A DNA stretch of 36,589 nt from an uncultured Candidatus Nitrosotenuis sp. Lineage in GTDB: Archaea; Thermoproteota; Nitrososphaeria; Nitrososphaerales; Nitrosopumilaceae. The notes under the pieces are model-generated. The model did not search any database. It was not told the origin of the DNA and was given only the letters and a program-made list of their open reading frames with translations. The DNA is taken from assembly GCA_964502325.1 (NCBI GenBank), contig CAZCWI010000002.1, positions 1 to 36,589 of the forward strand. Reading direction: 5' to 3'. Below are positions 1 to 7,983 of this stretch, piece after piece. Position numbers and translations under genes: made by a program. The number at the start of each line of letters is the position of its first letter. Position 1 is the first letter of the stretch.

Positions 1-1095
1 GATTACAATGGAGCTGACGTTGCACCGTTTGTCGGCATCAACACATTCTTGCACTTGCCTTGGATACGATCACATAAAGAACTAATTGATGCAAAGCCCG
101 ATGTAGCTATTATAGGCGAACCTTTTGATTTTGGAACCACGATTCGTCCTGGCGCACGCTACGGTCCACGTGCCATTCGTGCAGCGTCTACAATCCCATC
201 GCCGCCATACGAGCGATTCAATATTGAGACAGGGGCAGACCCGTTTGGAACTTTTAGAACCGTTGATTATGGCGACGTACAAGTTTCGCCAGGCGATGTA
301 ATAGAATCGCACAAACGAATGACGGCAAAAGTCAAGGAGGTCCTTGACGCGCAAGGAATCCCGGTCATGCTGGGAGGGGATCATTCAATTACATTTGCAA
401 ACGTTCGCGCATTTGCTAAAAAATACAAAAATATTGGCATGATTCATTTTGACACTCACGCTGATTGCGCACCACAAGGCCTTACGGGCTACAAATACGA
501 CCACGGCGCGCATATTAGAAGAATAATGGAAATGGGCTGCCTGAAAGGGAAAAATTACACTTTGGTAGGGCCTAGAGGATATTGGCCGGGACGCGATCTG
601 TACAAGTGGATGGCAGACCAAGATTTTCAATGGTTTACGATGCTAGATGTTGAAGAATTGGGAATTGACATGATTGCCAAGGAAGTAGCGGATAGGGCAA
701 ATGATGGAACCGATGCAGTTTACCTTAGTTGGGATATCGACTCTTTTGATCCTTCTTATGCACCGGGTACCGGAGAGCCAGAACCAAACGGTCTTACCTC
801 AAGGGAAGGGATGAGAATGGTGAGATTGTTATCAAAATCGTTTGATCCTAATAGATTTGCAATGGATCTTGTGGAGGTAGCTCCTGCTTACGATGTGAGC
901 GATAGCAGTTCGTACAATGGAGGCATAACATCTGGACTTGGACAAAGACTCATCGTAGAGCTATTGGCCGGCTTGTCGCTTACAAAGAGAGGCTTGCAAG
1001 ATGGTGATCCCGTACGACCACACAATTACCGTGGAACTGGAAACACATACCACTTTAGTAAGGGTCCGCGCGCACAAATTCCAAAGCGAGATTGA
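1..1095 (+). CDS. Ureohydrolase (arginase/agmatinase/guanidinase superfamily), 5'-truncated by the window edge
   Basis: Frame 1 is open from base 1 (DYNGADVAPFVGINTFLHLP), so the TTG at 49 is not the true start. Motifs: RPGARYGPRAIR, GGDHS, DTHAD (DxHxD), WDIDSFDP (DxD), APGTGEPEP, DLVEVAP. Confidence 0.93.
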   Translation, partial: DYNGADVAPFVGINTFLHLPWIRSHKELIDAKPDVAIIGEPFDFGTTIRPGARYGPRAIRAASTIPSPPYERFNIETGADPFGTFRTVDYGDVQVSPGDVIESHKRMTAKVKEVLDAQGIPVMLGGDHSITFANVRAFAKKYKNIGMIHFDTHADCAPQGLTGYKYDHGAHIRRIMEMGCLKGKNYTLVGPRGYWPGRDLYKWMADQDFQWFTMLDVEELGIDMIAKEVADRANDGTDAVYLSWDIDSFDPSYAPGTGEPEPNGLTSREGMRMVRLLSKSFDPNRFAMDLVEVAPAYDVSDSSSYNGGITSGLGQRLIVELLAGLSLTKRGLQDGDPVRPHNYRGTGNTYHFSKGPRAQIPKRD

Positions 1096-1481
1096 TCCAC
1101 ATAAAAATAACTGTAAAAGGAGAGCCGGACGTTTTGCCTTTTACACAAGTCTATCAGTTTTCTAACAAAACAGATGAAGAAATTTTCACCAACTCGGCGA
1201 CTATGATAAAAGACAGACTGGACAAAAATCTTAAAATCAATATCAACGAAGTCATCACCATTTATTCTGCGTTTATCGTTTCTGAACTTCGTAATGACAA
1301 ACCAACTGAGCAAATTCAAAAAAACGCATCTTGCCTGCTAAACCCAGAACAGGTGATGATTGGAGTTCCAGAAACCCTGAGAACTGTATCTTTTGAGGTC
1401 GCCCTTGATGATATTCCAACGAAGATTATCGTTTTGAACACCCCGATCCGGGTCTCAGACTATATCCTAAAATCCACTTGA
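1092..1481 (+). CDS. Divergent urease gamma-subunit (UreA)-like protein
   Basis: By-eye alignment with the canonical UreA at 24034: RLDKNLKININE vs [12 protein letters not shown]; LRNDKP vs ARDGKT; LNPEQVMIGVPETL vs [14 protein letters not shown]; TKIIVLNTPI vs [10 protein letters not shown]. The TTG start overlaps the upstream TGA (TTGA 1092-1095). Confidence 0.75.
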   Translation: MIHIKITVKGEPDVLPFTQVYQFSNKTDEEIFTNSATMIKDRLDKNLKININEVITIYSAFIVSELRNDKPTEQIQKNASCLLNPEQVMIGVPETLRTVSFEVALDDIPTKIIVLNTPIRVSDYILKST

Positions 1482-1498
1482 ATTAAAGGCCAAAAGAT

Positions 1499-2260
1499 AT
1501 GATAGATGAATTAATCAAACAACTTCCAACGGCGACCCCCTTCTTTGTCCTTGTTGCCGGATTTGTGATTGGCCTTTTTCACGCCTTTGAGCCTGATCAT
1601 GTTGTTGCCGTAGCTACGCAAAATTCAAAATCGTCACAAAAAACCTCCCTGTCGTTTTTTAAACGGATTGGCTCAGGCGCCATCAAAAGCTCAATCCTCG
1701 GCGCGCTATGGGGAGCTGGACACACATCCTCTCTGGTCCTTGTAAGTTTGTTAATTTTTGTATTCTCGATGAACATTCCAAATGAAATGTTTGGCAATTT
1801 TGAATTTGGCGTGGGCATAATGCTTGTAGTTCTTGGATTATTCACATATCTTAACAGAAAGTTATTTGGACAAAAACACGTTCACACTCATACTCATGAC
1901 GGCATAGTTCACACACACCCGCACACACATGATAAGGCACACAGCCATGGGCACAGATCATATATCATTGGCTGCATTCATGGGCTGGCAGGAAGTGGAA
2001 GCCTGGTGGTCTTGGCACTTTCAACGCTGCATGATCTCGAAACTATTTTGTCATTTATTCTAGTTTTTGGAATAGGCTCAATTGTCGGGATGATGCTGGT
2101 AAGCAGTGCTATCGGATTGCCGTTTTCACTTGCACTTCATTCAGAACGGATCAGCAAGATTTTGCGCTATTTAGTCGGCTCAATAAGCATCGTAGTGGGC
2201 ATTGACATTATGTACGGCATTGTAACAAGCGGAAATTTTCTTGGATTGGGTATTAACTGA
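1499..2260 (+). CDS. ureH: UreH/NiCoT-like nickel (cobalt) transporter with His-rich loop
   Basis: HAFEPDH, WGAGH and GCIHGLAGSG motifs; loop with 11 His (KHVHTHTHDGIVHTHPHTHDKAHSHGH); about 6 TM segments. Confidence 0.85.
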   Translation: MIDELIKQLPTATPFFVLVAGFVIGLFHAFEPDHVVAVATQNSKSSQKTSLSFFKRIGSGAIKSSILGALWGAGHTSSLVLVSLLIFVFSMNIPNEMFGNFEFGVGIMLVVLGLFTYLNRKLFGQKHVHTHTHDGIVHTHPHTHDKAHSHGHRSYIIGCIHGLAGSGSLVVLALSTLHDLETILSFILVFGIGSIVGMMLVSSAIGLPFSLALHSERISKILRYLVGSISIVVGIDIMYGIVTSGNFLGLGIN

Positions 2261-2300
2261 GTAAGTTCATTTTTGCGCAGATTGCTTGACAGTTGTTAAA

Positions 2301-2345
2301 ATCCAGCTTTAAGATATTCTTGAGAAACGGCAGCTAAAACTGGAT
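2301..2345. promoter_or_regulatory. Imperfect inverted repeat (ATCCAGCTTT ... AAAACTGGAT), candidate operator
   Basis: 10-bp arms with one mismatch, just upstream of the ATG at 2351. Confidence 0.4.
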
Positions 2346-2350
2346 AAAAA

Positions 2351-2422
2351 ATGCCATTCCATATGGGTGTTGAGGCAAGAACATTCGCCAAAATTGCTGG
2401 CAAACTGGAAAAAAGTAAATAA
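2351..2422 (+). pseudogene. Possible internally deleted remnant of an ArsR-like winged-helix regulator (23 codons)
   Basis: MPFHMGVEARTFAKIAGKLEKSK*. The C-terminus resembles my recollection of thaumarchaeal wHTH regulators that precede the small membrane gene found downstream. Confidence 0.35.
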
Positions 2423-2446
2423 GCTATGAGAAGAGGTCTTTTCTAA

Positions 2447-2731
2447 ATGGAATCAACTTCGGCGGTTTTGTCAGGCGTCTCAATTGTCAACATGATAGTG
2501 CTTGGCATTTTGATGTACATGTTTGGCAAGATGTATGTCAGAACAAGGGCACAGATGCCATTAGGGATGATTGTGTTTTCCGTCATGCTGTTTTTACACA
2601 ACATCATAGGGGCATACGCGTATTTTTCAATGGATGCCCTGTTCTCACAGGAGATATTTCCGTATCTGCTTGGAGTGCACATAGCAGAGCTTGCTGGAAT
2701 TCTAATCTTTCTGAAAATTACAATGGACTAG
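2447..2731 (+). CDS. Small three-TM membrane protein (archaeal family often paired with an ArsR-like regulator)
   Basis: 94 aa, three hydrophobic helices, GAGGT RBS-like motif upstream. Confidence 0.75.
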   Translation: MESTSAVLSGVSIVNMIVLGILMYMFGKMYVRTRAQMPLGMIVFSVMLFLHNIIGAYAYFSMDALFSQEIFPYLLGVHIAELAGILIFLKITMD

Positions 2732-2761
2732 GTTTATCTGTTATATTATTTTGAAAAATTC

Positions 2762-3214
2762 ATGAAGCAAAGCTACCGAGAATACATAAAGCTGAACAAA
2801 CATTTGCTTTTAGCAATTGTCATCGCAGTGGTGTTTTCTGCAATCGCAGCTCAGCTTTTGGCAGATCAAGAATATTATCTAAACACCAGTTATACTCTGT
2901 TGGTAGATTTTGCTGTTTTTTATTCCGCGTTTGGCGCGTTGTTTTACGTTGATAATAGAAAAAAATACCGGACCGATCTTGGCAAGATTGATTCGCAGCG
3001 CCTGCAAAAGGATCTCATAAAGATAGTAACATCCATTGGAGCCGGCGAAATAGTATACGTGGTTTTACGATGGTACGTGCAATACTATCTTCTTACGATT
3101 GACTATGAACCGTATGCAGCATCAATAATCACGCACTTGACGTTGGTAGTCGTCTATCTAGCTATTGTTAATCTAGGGGTCAAGCTTACAAAGTTATACA
3201 AAGATGGCACTTAG
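2762..3214 (+). CDS. Hypothetical four-TM membrane protein (GtrA-like topology)
   Basis: 150 aa with four hydrophobic segments; overlaps the next gene. Confidence 0.7.
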   Translation: MKQSYREYIKLNKHLLLAIVIAVVFSAIAAQLLADQEYYLNTSYTLLVDFAVFYSAFGALFYVDNRKKYRTDLGKIDSQRLQKDLIKIVTSIGAGEIVYVVLRWYVQYYLLTIDYEPYAASIITHLTLVVVYLAIVNLGVKLTKLYKDGT

Positions 3215-3560
3215 CATTTACGTTGACGGCTCTGGAGGGGAAAACTCCGGGTATGGGTACTTTGTAAAGGAAACAGGGGAGTCGTTTTATGAAAAAAAAC
3301 AAGGGATAACAAACAATCAGGCAGAATACCTTGGAATTATTTCCGTTTTGAAAAAGTTCGCTCAATCAAATGATGAAGTTACTGTCTACTCTGATTCAAA
3401 AAATACCGTGTCTCAGCTAAACCACGAGTTTGCAATAAACAGCGAACCGTTACGCGAACTTGCAAGAGAAGCTTGGGCCCTTATGGGAACGATTCCAAAT
3501 CTGAAAATAGTGTGGATCCCCCGTGCACAAAACTTGGCCGGAAAAATGCTTGGAAGTTAG
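3204..3560 (+). CDS. rnhA: Ribonuclease HI-like protein
   Basis: YVDGS, TNNQAEY, YSDS and WIPRAQN motifs. Confidence 0.85.
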   Translation: MALSIYVDGSGGENSGYGYFVKETGESFYEKKQGITNNQAEYLGIISVLKKFAQSNDEVTVYSDSKNTVSQLNHEFAINSEPLRELAREAWALMGTIPNLKIVWIPRAQNLAGKMLGS

Positions 3561-3615
3561 CGATCAAAGCTCCTTTGAATAGCTTTATTATGGAAAATAA
3601 TACGCCACATCTGAT

Positions 3616-5712
3616 ATGGGAGAGTCAGTTTTTCTTTCACCAAAATCTATTGCAATAATCGGCGCGTCTGACAAGGAAGGAAGCGTAGGGCGCGCAATCA
3701 CATCGAATATCATGAAGGGCTACAAGGGAAAAATTTTCCCGATCAGTCCTACCCGTGACAGAGTGTTTGACAAGCCTGCGTTCAAAACCGTGCTTGATGT
3801 AAAGGAGCCAATCGACCTTGCAGTGGTTGTCACAAAAAACGACATTGTTCCGGCAGTACTGGAGGAGTGCGGCAAGAAGAAAATCAAAGGAGTAATTGTG
3901 ATCACTGCGGGATTCAAGGAGGTAAACGAGGAGGGACGCCAGCTTGAACAAAAACTAAAAGACATTGTCAAAAAATACGGAATCAAACTAATCGGGCCAA
4001 ACTGCCTCGGGGTGATGAACCTTGATCCAAAAACAATGATGAACTCCACGTTTCTCAAAGTAACTCCGAAATCCGGACAAATTGCACTTGTATCGCAAAG
4101 CGGAGCAATATGCGCAGCGCTTGTAGAGGATGCAAGCGCACAGGGCATTGGATTTTCAGCAGTAATCAGCCTTGGAAACAAGGCAGAGATGAGCGAAGTC
4201 GACGTTCTCAAAATACTTGCCGAGCACAAGCAAACCAAAGTGATTGTGATGTACTTGGAAGATATGGGAGACGGCCAAGAGTTCCTTAAAATTTGCAAGC
4301 AGATAACAAAGAAACTCAAAAAGCCAGTGCTTGTGTTAAAGTCAGGACGAAGTCCAGAGGGTGCAAAGGCTGCGATGTCGCACACTGGCGCACTGATGGG
4401 CTCTGACGAAATTTATGATGCCGTGCTGCACCAGGCTGGTGCAATTAGGGTGGACACCATGGAAGAATTATTTGACTATGCCACCGCATTTTCAAAACAA
4501 CCGCTTCCTGCAAAAGGCGATCTAGTTATAGTGTCAAACGCGGGCGGACCTGCAATCATTTCAACTGACGCTTGCTCCAAGATGGGAATAAAGATGGCAA
4601 GCATTGAGGACATCCGGCCAAAGATAAATGCCGTCATCCCTCCGTGGGGAAGCTCAAGAAACCCAGTCGACATAGTAGGCGACGCTGATTACAACCGATT
4701 CAACAATGTATTGGAAAACGTACTTGGACACAAAAACGTCGGCTCTGTCATTGTAATGTGCACCCCGTCTGCCACTCTGGACTATGACAAGCTTGCCGAA
4801 GTAACAGTAAAAATGTCAAAAAAATACAAAAAAACAATGCTTGCCAGCCTGATGGGGCTAGACGAGGGAATCAAAAACAGGGAAATCTTGGCAGCCGGTG
4901 ACGTTCCATACTATACCTATGCGGAGGGAGCGATTCGAGCATTGCGTGCGTTGTTGAAATTTACTGCCTGGCAACAATCCACAGAAGGGACAATTACAAA
5001 ATTCAAATCAGACAAAGCAAAAGTAAAGAAGGTTTTTGATGCGGTCAAAAAACAAGGCAGGACCAATCTGCTAGAAGAGGAGGGGCAAGAGGTCTTGCGC
5101 GCATATGGGTTTCCGCTACCTCAAAGCATACTTGCAAAAACAGAAGACGAGGCAGTAAAGGCGGCAAAGAAAATCGGATTTCCAGTAGTGATGAAGATTG
5201 CATCCCCTCAGATAATTCACAAATCCGATGCAGGCGGAGTAAAGGTAGGCATGTCAAATGAAAAAGATGTGCGTGATGCGTTTAACACCATAATCAAAAA
5301 CGCCAAAAAATACAACCAAAAGGCCACAATCAAAGGAATTCTAATCCAAGAGATGGTAAAGGGCGGCAAGGAATTAATCATTGGCTCAAAACTGGAGCCT
5401 GGGTTTGGACCTGTCATAATGCTTGGAATGGGCGGAATCTACGTTGAAGTACTAAAGGATGTCACATTCAGATTGGCTCCGGTGACAAACAAGGAAGCAG
5501 ACGACATGATAAACTCGATCAAGACAAAGAAACTACTAGAGGGTGTGAGGGGAGAAAAACCATCTGATCTGAAAAAACTCTCAGAACTGATTCAGAAACT
5601 TTCCGCACTTGTGACTGACTTTAAGGAAATAAAAGAGCTTGACATGAACCCAGTACTTGTAATGGAACAAGGCAAGGGCTGCAAGATACTTGATATTCGA
5701 ATAGGGCTCTAG
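3616..5712 (+). CDS. ADP-forming acyl-CoA synthetase, most likely 4-hydroxybutyrate-CoA ligase of the HP/HB cycle
   Basis: IGASDKEGSVG, GPNCLG, SQSGA, SHTGAL (phospho-His), HKSDAGGV, ELDMNP. The N-terminus resembles Nmar_0206 as recalled, and the dehydratase gene is nearby. Confidence 0.88.
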   Translation: MGESVFLSPKSIAIIGASDKEGSVGRAITSNIMKGYKGKIFPISPTRDRVFDKPAFKTVLDVKEPIDLAVVVTKNDIVPAVLEECGKKKIKGVIVITAGFKEVNEEGRQLEQKLKDIVKKYGIKLIGPNCLGVMNLDPKTMMNSTFLKVTPKSGQIALVSQSGAICAALVEDASAQGIGFSAVISLGNKAEMSEVDVLKILAEHKQTKVIVMYLEDMGDGQEFLKICKQITKKLKKPVLVLKSGRSPEGAKAAMSHTGALMGSDEIYDAVLHQAGAIRVDTMEELFDYATAFSKQPLPAKGDLVIVSNAGGPAIISTDACSKMGIKMASIEDIRPKINAVIPPWGSSRNPVDIVGDADYNRFNNVLENVLGHKNVGSVIVMCTPSATLDYDKLAEVTVKMSKKYKKTMLASLMGLDEGIKNREILAAGDVPYYTYAEGAIRALRALLKFTAWQQSTEGTITKFKSDKAKVKKVFDAVKKQGRTNLLEEEGQEVLRAYGFPLPQSILAKTEDEAVKAAKKIGFPVVMKIASPQIIHKSDAGGVKVGMSNEKDVRDAFNTIIKNAKKYNQKATIKGILIQEMVKGGKELIIGSKLEPGFGPVIMLGMGGIYVEVLKDVTFRLAPVTNKEADDMINSIKTKKLLEGVRGEKPSDLKKLSELIQKLSALVTDFKEIKELDMNPVLVMEQGKGCKILDIRIGL

Positions 5713-5831
5713 AATACTGCAAGAACCACAGCTAATGCCGATGCGGCAATAACAAATCCGTAGAACCCAAATCTGTGCCTTGGGAGATTGTTGTTCTTTG
5801 CTTGCGCACGCTGAATAATTTTTTGAATCAT
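5709..5831 (-). CDS. Putative 40-aa single-TM microprotein
   Basis: Hand translation MIQKIIQRAQAKNNNLPRHRFGFYGFVIAASALAVVLAVF*; starts 11 nt after the stop of the Zn-finger microprotein; absent from the ORF track. Confidence 0.45.
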   Translation of the reverse strand: MIQKIIQRAQAKNNNLPRHRFGFYGFVIAASALAVVLAVF

Positions 5832-5842
5832 TTCTGGTCTCC

Positions 5843-6022
5843 CTATGATCCTAAGGCCATTGCCTCTAGCTTGGTTTGGTGTATGTGGTATTGTGGTTCT
5901 GTGACAAAATTACATTTGCGACAGATGAACTGCTCAAAATCCCTGCCGCATCCATTGCATGATTCTACCTGTTCGTATTTTCTCATCTCGTCGCCGCATT
6001 TTCTACACAAGTCAATTCGCAT
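5843..6022 (-). CDS. 59-aa Zn-finger microprotein (3x CxxC + HxH)
   Basis: Hand translation MRIDLCRKCGDEMRKYEQVESCNGCGRDFEQFICRKCNFVTEPQYHIHQTKLEAMALGS*. Confidence 0.75.
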   Translation of the reverse strand: MRIDLCRKCGDEMRKYEQVESCNGCGRDFEQFICRKCNFVTEPQYHIHQTKLEAMALGS

Positions 6023-6136
6023 TTTTCTTCATTACTTGTTGGGAGCCAGGCGATATTAGCTAGATTCAACAACTTAGCTGATTAATCATAATGCCAGCTT
6101 ACAACACTCTATGAGATCCCTAGCATAACATCGATT

Positions 6137-6277
6137 ATGGAACAAACACCAAAGTCAACCCATTGGGACTATGAGGTTTGCGCTCCATTCAAAAAGGTCA
6201 TTGCCTGGGACGTTCTTTTCTTTGTTCTTGGCATTGGTGTGGGCGCAGGAATCGGGGCATTCCTAGCCACTGCATAG
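6137..6277 (+). CDS. 46-aa membrane microprotein (WDYEVC motif + Gly-rich TM helix)
   Basis: Hand translation MEQTPKSTHWDYEVCAPFKKVIAWDVLFFVLGIGVGAGIGAFLATA*. Confidence 0.65.
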   Translation: MEQTPKSTHWDYEVCAPFKKVIAWDVLFFVLGIGVGAGIGAFLATA

Positions 6278-6300
6278 GAATGCTTTAATTTTTTTTAAAC

Positions 6301-6720
6301 ATGGGAAATAAGATGGGACAAAAAAGCGCACTTGGGCAAGTATTTGATTTTTCACTGCTCTGCATGGCGTCTGTGTATTTTATTGGGTTTTTGTCGTTCC
6401 ATCCGCAATCTCTTTTCTTGGCAGATCCTCTGCTTGAGATTCCGCACGAATACGAGATTTATTTTGAAGTTCTGCTTTGGGCGATATTTGGCCTGCTGAT
6501 AGTTGATCTTTATTTCAAGTACCGCGAAATAGACAACTGGAAAATATTTCTGAAAAAACACTGGCACGACATCGTAATGCTTGCGCTGATTCCGTTTCTT
6601 ACCCTGTTCAAAATTGTAAAGGTATCTGTGAGCTTAGTCAAGACACTAAAGGCATCAAAGTCTGGATTCAAAGTATTTCAAAAGGCAAAAAAGGCCTCAA
6701 AGCATTTGAAATCAGAATAA
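6301..6720 (+). CDS. Membrane protein resembling a stand-alone voltage-sensor (S1-S4) domain
   Basis: Hydrophobic helices with acidic residues (FEV...VD; FLKKHWHD...IPF) followed by a Lys-periodic amphipathic helix. Confidence 0.6.
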   Translation: MGNKMGQKSALGQVFDFSLLCMASVYFIGFLSFHPQSLFLADPLLEIPHEYEIYFEVLLWAIFGLLIVDLYFKYREIDNWKIFLKKHWHDIVMLALIPFLTLFKIVKVSVSLVKTLKASKSGFKVFQKAKKASKHLKSE

Positions 6721-6765
6721 CGCAGACATACGAAAATCAGTTCAGGCGCTCATAAAAAATCAAAC

Positions 6766-7146
6766 TTACTTTGATTTTGACCACTTCTTCATCCACTGCA
6801 AAAGATTGATCATGGATTCGACAAGCTCCTGCCCTTTGCTAGTCAACTTGTATTCTACTCGCGGGGGAATTTCATTAAACGACTGTCTCTCCAAGATCCC
6901 GCTCTTCTCAAGTTCTTTTAATCTGGTGGACAGGGTCCTGCTGCTGATTCCTTTCAGGGCTTGCCTGAACTGCTTGTATCTCACTGGCTCTGTGGTGCAA
7001 CAAAGCGGGATTAGGATCTCTAGCGTGCCACGCTTTGTTATGATCCTTCTAAGCTTGGCAGTCTCACTCATCAATGATGACGCGTCGTAGCCTTCAAAAC
7101 CGCAGGCATTCTGTATTATTGGTAATGGTTTTCTTTTAGTTTCCAT
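6766..7146 (-). CDS. HxlR-family winged-helix transcriptional regulator
   Basis: ISSRTLSTRLKELE...PPRVEYKLTSKG signature; likely start ATG 7146 (METKRK); divergent from arsM. Confidence 0.88.
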   Translation of the reverse strand: METKRKPLPIIQNACGFEGYDASSLMSETAKLRRIITKRGTLEILIPLCCTTEPVRYKQFRQALKGISSRTLSTRLKELEKSGILERQSFNEIPPRVEYKLTSKGQELVESMINLLQWMKKWSKSK

Positions 7147-7167
7147 TTTTGCACTAACTGCAATAGT

Positions 7168-7204
7168 TTGTCCTTGACAACTTAAATGGTTTACTAGGTA
7201 AACC
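7168..7204. promoter_or_regulatory. Two inverted repeats flanking the arsM TATA box
   Basis: TTGTC-CTT-GACAA (7168-7180), TTAAAT (7182-7187), GGTTTAC-TAG-GTAAACC (7188-7204). Confidence 0.65.
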
Positions 7205-7209
7205 GTAAC

Positions 7210-7965
7210 ATGACTGTAGAAATTAAAAAGGAAATAAAACAAAGATACGGCAAGATAGCATTATCTGGAAATTCTGATTGTTGTTGCATGCCTGGTGAAT
7301 GTGGCACCGATGCCTCGCCAATCAAAGCTGCCGGCTTGATTGGATACGATGCAAAAGATCTAGAGTCAATTCCGCAATCTTCAATTCTTGGAGTCGGATG
7401 CGGCGCACCAATAAGACTGGCCGACCTCAAGGAGGGCGAGGTGGTAGTAGATGTCGGCTCAGGTGCAGGCATTGACGCGTTTTTGGCAGCAAACATAGTT
7501 GGAAAATCAGGAAGAGTAATCGGCATTGACATGACTGACGAAATGCTAGAAAAGGCACGAAAAAATGCCGTGGATGGAAAGTATGATAATGTTGAATTTA
7601 AAAAAGGCGATGTAGAGGACAACATTCCACTGTCTGATCATTCAGCAGACGCTGTCATTAGCAACTGTGTGATTAATCTGACAATAGACAAAACCAGGGC
7701 GTTCAAGGAGATTCACAGAGTTTTGAAAAAGGGCGGCAGGATGGTAATATCGGATCTCATCACCAGTAAGGAACTGCAAATGCACGAAACAAACTCTGAG
7801 CAGTGGTGTGCCTGCATCGATGGAGCCCTTACAAAAGAAAATTATCTTGATGCGATAAACAAGGCAGGATTCAAAGACATCAGCGTCTTAGATGAGAGAA
7901 TATACATGGAAGATGATGCCGACAGGAAAATTACAAGCCTTGTTATCAAAGCAATCAAAGAGTAA
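7210..7965 (+). CDS. arsM: Arsenite S-adenosylmethionine methyltransferase
   Basis: N-terminal CCC, LGVGCGAP, VDVGSGAGID SAM motif, ISNCVINL, WCACIDGA. Confidence 0.9.
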   Translation: MTVEIKKEIKQRYGKIALSGNSDCCCMPGECGTDASPIKAAGLIGYDAKDLESIPQSSILGVGCGAPIRLADLKEGEVVVDVGSGAGIDAFLAANIVGKSGRVIGIDMTDEMLEKARKNAVDGKYDNVEFKKGDVEDNIPLSDHSADAVISNCVINLTIDKTRAFKEIHRVLKKGGRMVISDLITSKELQMHETNSEQWCACIDGALTKENYLDAINKAGFKDISVLDERIYMEDDADRKITSLVIKAIKE

Positions 7966-7983
7966 CAATTTCACGTGAACCAA

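Noticed and set aside
1-1095. Calling the ureohydrolase GdmH (guanidinase) or SpeB (agmatinase)
   Set aside because: The pocket motifs match neither as I recall them, so the substrate cannot be assigned from sequence.
3720-4385. 221-aa minus ORF and similar antisense ORFs inside large genes
   Set aside because: Antisense shadows of well-supported CDSs with no recognisable motifs.
5775-6059. 94-aa + strand ORF
   Set aside because: Shadow of two more convincing minus-strand microproteins.
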